32,000 bases of DNA from Candidatus Saccharimonadota bacterium (GTDB lineage Bacteria; Bacteroidota; Bacteroidia; Flavobacteriales; Blattabacteriaceae), in the NCBI RefSeq assembly GCF_014251775.1, contig NZ_CP059199.1:1-32000 (forward strand), read 5' to 3'. Positions within the stretch are counted from its first letter, which is position 1; each line of letters begins with the position of its first letter. Position numbers and translations under genes: made by a program. Shown here one piece after another: positions 28,479 through 32,000 of the stretch. The notes beneath the pieces were generated by a model that made no database searches, had not been told where the DNA came from, and worked only from the letters and a program-made list of their open reading frames with translations.

Positions 28479-28502
28479 TCATACTAATTAACTAAGTTAA
28501 TT

Positions 28503-28589
28503 GGAGAATTGCCGGAGTGGTTAACGGAACAGTTTGCTAAACTGTCGGTATAGAGATATACCGCGTAGGTTCGAATCCTACATTCTCCG
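28503..28589 (+). tRNA. tRNA-Ser (anticodon GCU), class II with long variable arm
   Basis: Acceptor pairing is GGAGAAT/ATTCTCC with discriminator G. The anticodon stem is ACAGT/ACTGT with loop TTGCTAA. The variable arm is CGGTATA-GAGA-TATACCG, and the T-arm is GTAGG-TTCGAAT-CCTAC. Confidence 0.95.
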
Positions 28590-28607
28590 CTATTATTATA
28601 ATTTATA

Positions 28608-28681
28608 CGGGGTATAGCGTAGTCTGGTATCGCGCCTGGTTTGGGACCAGGAGGTCGTAGGTTCAAATCCTGCTACCCCGA
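28608..28681 (+). tRNA. tRNA-Pro (anticodon UGG)
   Basis: Acceptor pairing is CGGGGTA/TACCCCG with discriminator A. The anticodon stem is CCTGG/CCAGG with loop TTTGGGA. The T-arm is GTAGG-TTCAAAT-CCTGC. Confidence 0.95.
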
Positions 28682-28686
28682 TATTT

Positions 28687-28760
28687 GGTCACGTAGCTCA
28701 AATGGATAGAGCAACTGCCTTCTAAGCAGTAGGTTACAGGTTCAAATCCTGTCGTGATCA
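28687..28760 (+). tRNA. tRNA-Arg (anticodon UCU)
   Basis: Acceptor pairing is GGTCACG/CGTGATC (one G:U pair) with discriminator A. The anticodon stem is ACTGC/GCAGT with loop CTTCTAA. The T-arm is ACAGG-TTCAAAT-CCTGT. Confidence 0.94.
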
Positions 28761-28778
28761 CTTTTTTATTCCAAAATT

Positions 28779-29462
28779 TTATTTATATTTTTTTGGATGT
28801 TTTTCTAGTATTTCATCTATCATTCCATAATTTTTTGCTTCTTTAGAATCCATCCAATAATCTCTATCTGAGTCCTTTTCTATTTGTTCAAAAGGTAATC
28901 CAGAATGTTTAGATATAATTTCATAAAGTTCTTTTTTTAATTTCAATATTTCTTTAACGGTAATTTCAATATCTGATGCTGACCCTATGGACCTTCCAAT
29001 AGGTTGATGAATCATAATTCTAGAATGTTTTAAAGAAGATCTCTTTTTTTTTACTCCAGAACATAATAATACAGCGGCCATAGATGCAGCCATTCCGGTA
29101 CATATAGTAGAAACATCTGGATCTAAAATTTGCATAGTATCATATATTCCTAATCCTGCATAAATATCTCCTCCAGGAGAATTAATATATATTTGAATAT
29201 CTTTTTTGGAATCTAAAGATTGCAAAAAAAGTAATTGAGCTTGTATTATATTTGCTATTTGATCTTCTATAGGTGTTCCTAAAAAAATAATTCTATCCAT
29301 CATTAATCTGGAAAAAACATCCATTTGTGCTATATTTAGTTTTCGTTCTTCAACAATATAAGGTGTAGTTAATTTTATATAATCATATATATTTAAACTA
29401 TTAATATTCTTATGTTTAACTGCATAATCTATAAATTCCTTTGAATCTTTCCTATAATCCAT
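28779..29462 (-). CDS. clpP: ATP-dependent Clp protease proteolytic subunit
   Basis: 227-aa ORF with Ser-His-Asp triad contexts GMAASMAAVLL, IMIHQP and DRDYWM. A typical INSPGG motif is present. Confidence 0.95.
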   Translation of the reverse strand: MDYRKDSKEFIDYAVKHKNINSLNIYDYIKLTTPYIVEERKLNIAQMDVFSRLMMDRIIFLGTPIEDQIANIIQAQLLFLQSLDSKKDIQIYINSPGGDIYAGLGIYDTMQILDPDVSTICTGMAASMAAVLLCSGVKKKRSSLKHSRIMIHQPIGRSIGSASDIEITVKEILKLKKELYEIISKHSGLPFEQIEKDSDRDYWMDSKEAKNYGMIDEILEKHPKKYK

Positions 29463-29580
29463 TTATTCTATACTAATAAAAAATTTTATTAAAGTTACTT
29501 ATAATTCATATCTTTTTTTATTTATATAAAAAAAAGAACATGTTATCATTCTTATTTAAAACAATTAAAATAATTTTAAT

Positions 29581-31041
29581 TTGTACAAAAAATTAGCCAT
29601 ACACACAATTATTTATTCTATAGGGTTGCTCTTACCAAAAATGGTAAATTATGCTTTTATAAGATTTTTTACTTTTTCTTTAAAAAGAGACGAATTTTCT
29701 ATATATACTGATATGTACGCCATATCTTTTTTGATAATTGGATTACTATCTTTTGGATTAGAAAATACTTATTTTAGATTTTTATATAAAAAAAATTATA
29801 ATAAGAATGTAGTATTTTCAACAATTATAATTATACAGTTAATAATTATATCATTATTTTTTTTTATTTCATCAAATTTTATACAAAAAATAATATCGTT
29901 CACTGGATATTCAAACCATCCAGAATACTTTATTATGTTTTCATTAATAATATTATTTGATACCATTTGTATAATACCTATGGCGTGGATACGGATGAAT
30001 GAAAAACCTTTATTACATACTATGATAAACGTAATAATGATGATTACACAATCATTTTTAATAACATATATGTTTTCCTGTCATAAAAATTTTTTTACTA
30101 TAAAAAATAACTATTATTTATACTTTTTTAAAATAGTAAATTCTTTTACTAATAGAATTGGTTATATATTTTTTGCAAATATGGTGGCATCTTTTATTAA
30201 TTTTATTTTAATACTTCCTATTATACTAAGAATAGTAAGATTTTCAAAATTTAAAATATCTCTTGCAAAAGAGATGATTCATTATAGTTTTCCTATAATG
30301 ACTGGAACTATTGCTTTTTCTATTAATGAAAATTTAGATAAAATTTTGATTAAAAGATGGCTTTCTGATGATATAAATGGAGCATATTCTGCATGTTATA
30401 AAGTAGGATCTTTTATGAGTTTATATATAAGAATTTTTCGATTAGGGATCGAACCATTTTTTTTTAAAAAATCTAAAGATACTAATGCAAAATATTTTTA
30501 TGAAGAAATTACATATTTGTTTATTTTATTTGGATTATTATTTTATGTATTAGTATGTGGAAATTTAAAATTTATTATTCATTTATTAATTAATAAAAGA
30601 TATCATTTTGCAATTTCTATTATTCCTATAATAATAATGGGAAATTTATTTTTGGGAATATACAATAATTTATCTATTTTTTATAAAATTTTAAATCGTC
30701 CTTTGGTGGGGACTTATATTTCTTTAATAGGAGTTTTAATAACGTTATTATTTAATTTTATTTTTATAAATAATCCGAATAATAATTTTATAATTCCTGC
30801 TTGGGGAACTTTTATGTCTTATGGATTTATGCTGTTACTCCTATTTATTTGGAATAAAAGAACTTTTCCAAAATTTTGTAAAGAAATAAAAAATATATTA
30901 TTACATTTTTTTATTGCAAATTTTACTGTATTTATAACTAATAGAAATCAAAATATAATAATTAATATTATAATTCAATTATTATATTTAATAATTATTC
31001 TAATAATCGAACGAAAAAAATTGTTAACTCTTTTAAAATAA
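29581..31041 (+). CDS. MOP-superfamily polysaccharide/oligosaccharide flippase (Wzx/RfbX-like 'polysaccharide biosynthesis protein')
   Basis: 486-aa ORF with a TTG start. It is strongly hydrophobic, with about 12-14 predicted helices. The N-terminus KKLAIHTIIYSIGLLLPKMVNY resembles flavobacterial polysaccharide-biosynthesis (MOP) proteins. Family-level call only. Confidence 0.65.
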   Translation: MYKKLAIHTIIYSIGLLLPKMVNYAFIRFFTFSLKRDEFSIYTDMYAISFLIIGLLSFGLENTYFRFLYKKNYNKNVVFSTIIIIQLIIISLFFFISSNFIQKIISFTGYSNHPEYFIMFSLIILFDTICIIPMAWIRMNEKPLLHTMINVIMMITQSFLITYMFSCHKNFFTIKNNYYLYFFKIVNSFTNRIGYIFFANMVASFINFILILPIILRIVRFSKFKISLAKEMIHYSFPIMTGTIAFSINENLDKILIKRWLSDDINGAYSACYKVGSFMSLYIRIFRLGIEPFFFKKSKDTNAKYFYEEITYLFILFGLLFYVLVCGNLKFIIHLLINKRYHFAISIIPIIIMGNLFLGIYNNLSIFYKILNRPLVGTYISLIGVLITLLFNFIFINNPNNNFIIPAWGTFMSYGFMLLLLFIWNKRTFPKFCKEIKNILLHFFIANFTVFITNRNQNIIINIIIQLLYLIIILIIERKKLLTLLK

Positions 31042-31050
31042 TTAACTAAA

Positions 31051-31410
31051 TTGCATTTATATAAAAACTTTCCAAAAGTAATTTTAAATAATATTGATAA
31101 TCCAATTAAAATTAGATTATTTGATCGAAAACTAATTTCTAGTGGTATTATTATACCATTAAAATTAAAAAAACATTTTATTGTTTTAAAAAAAATTTTT
31201 ATTAAATCTATTTGTATTATTCATATTACAAATATCATGGAAGTAAAAATACTTTTAATAAATGTTTGTTATAAAAAACTTATAATTTATCCAAAAGAAA
31301 AAATAGCAATGATAGATTTTTTTGAAAAAATAAATGTTAATTGGAAAAATTCTATTCATTTGAAAAAAAGTAATAGAGGAAAAAAATGTTTCGGAAGTAC
31401 CGGAATATAA
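31051..31410 (+). CDS. dUTPase-like protein, shortened and lacking catalytic motifs 1-3 (possible decaying gene)
   Basis: 119-aa ORF with a TTG start. The C-terminus SNRGKKCFGSTGI matches dUTPase motif 5 (RGxxGFGSTG), and KIAMIDFF aligns to motif 4 (RIAQ). EVKILLIN aligns to the GEIxVILxN tail of motif 3. There is no AGxDL, no RSG and no GxIDxDYRG. Typical trimeric dUTPases are about 140-150 aa. Confidence 0.55.
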   Translation: MHLYKNFPKVILNNIDNPIKIRLFDRKLISSGIIIPLKLKKHFIVLKKIFIKSICIIHITNIMEVKILLINVCYKKLIIYPKEKIAMIDFFEKINVNWKNSIHLKKSNRGKKCFGSTGI

Positions 31411-31437
31411 TATCTATTTTAAAAAAAATGAAAATTA

Positions 31438-32000
31438 TAATCCCCATAGCAGGAAGAGGTATTCGTCTTTATCCTCATACTTTATGTACACCTAAAACAT
31501 TTTTAAACATTGCTGGAAAATCAATTTTAAAAAGACTATTAGATGAGTTATTAGAAATAATTAATTTTTTTTCAATAAAAGAAATAATTTTTATAGTTAA
31601 TTTAAATACAGATAAAATAAAAGTAGAAAAAAAATTAAGAAAATTAACTGATGATATAGGAATTAATTCTATTATATATTTTCAAAAAGAACCATTAGGA
31701 ACAGCAGATGCTATATTAAAAGCTAAAAAATCTTTAATAGGTGATCCAGTTATTATAGTATTTTCCGATGCACTATTTCATAAAATAGATTTTAAAGAAA
31801 ATATAAATCAAATTTTAAATAATAAAAATATTATATGGACTAATCAAATAAAAAATCCTACTACTTTTGGAGTAGTAAAATGTAATTCTTCTGGAAGAAT
31901 TATTAATTTTATAGAAAAACCAAATAATTTTATTTCTGATTTAGCTATTGTTGGAATTTACTATTTTCATAATAGTCTTATTTTAAAAGAAGAATTACAA
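31438..32000 (+). CDS. Sugar-phosphate nucleotidyltransferase (NTP_transferase family), 5' partial, runs off the window
   Basis: My own translation from the ATG at 31438 gives MKIIIPIAGRGIRLYPHTLCTPKTFLNIAGKSILKRLLDEL...KEPLGTADAIL...FGVVKCNSSGRIINFIEKP. The signature is IPxAGxGxRLxPxTxxxPK. The frame is open to the window end and is absent from the ORF track because it is truncated. Confidence 0.85.

Noticed and set aside
28484-28666. 60-aa minus-strand ORF.
   Set aside because: It overlaps tRNA-Ser and tRNA-Pro on the opposite strand. The region is open only because tRNA genes are relatively G/C-rich.
1-32000. Alternative genetic code (UGA=Trp), as in some tiny endosymbionts.
   Set aside because: All conserved genes give full-length products under the standard code. 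Trp positions in conserved motifs are encoded by TGG, and I saw no conserved gene interrupted by an in-frame TGA.
1-32000. A hidden accessory, defence or novel multi-gene system, mobile elements or CRISPR.
   Set aside because: Every ORF of substantial length is assignable to a housekeeping family. There are no integrases, transposases, spaced direct-repeat arrays, toxin-antitoxin-sized gene pairs or compositionally deviant islands. The only unexplained stretch is the 514-bp desert, which has no coding capacity.

Overview
By eye the window is extremely AT-rich (composition not computed). It is tightly packed, with no large dispersed repeats, and carries core housekeeping genes. The genes look like those of a reduced-genome Bacteroidota (Flavobacteriia-type) insect endosymbiont, most like Blattabacterium. 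That assignment is an inference from gene content, a Bacteroidetes-type TTTG/TAnnTTTG promoter, a GE..YA.AA-type tmRNA tag and flavobacterial-style protein N-termini; no search was run. I can support 25 protein-coding genes (the last is cut by the window end), three tRNAs (Ser-GCU, Pro-UGG, Arg-UCU), one tmRNA missed by the ORF track, one in-gene tandem repeat and one promoter. The genes are nusA-infB, aspS, ppa, a 2-oxoacid dehydrogenase E2, nnr, lnt, the elongasome operon mreB-mreC-mreD-mrdA-rodA, folK, ridA, truA, an MsbA-like ABC exporter, thiamine pyrophosphokinase, mdh, gcvP, tsaD, a PgpH-like 7TM-HD hydrolase, clpP, a MOP-family flippase, a degenerate dUTPase-like ORF and a sugar-phosphate nucleotidyltransferase. 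The standard code (table 11) fits: all conserved genes read through at full length and TGG encodes Trp. I found no mobile element, CRISPR array, defence or toxin locus, prophage remnant or any candidate novel multi-gene system, so I read this as ordinary core genome. The points worth a second look are small-scale. They are a nucleotide-perfect 18-bp tandem repeat inside infB, a dUTPase homologue that has lost catalytic motifs 1-3, and a 514-bp gene desert. There is also an lnt N-terminus with no canonical start codon, very long in-frame poly(A) tracts, and the tmRNA tag. All calls rest on reading the sequence and remembered family motifs; no alignments, folds or database searches were performed.
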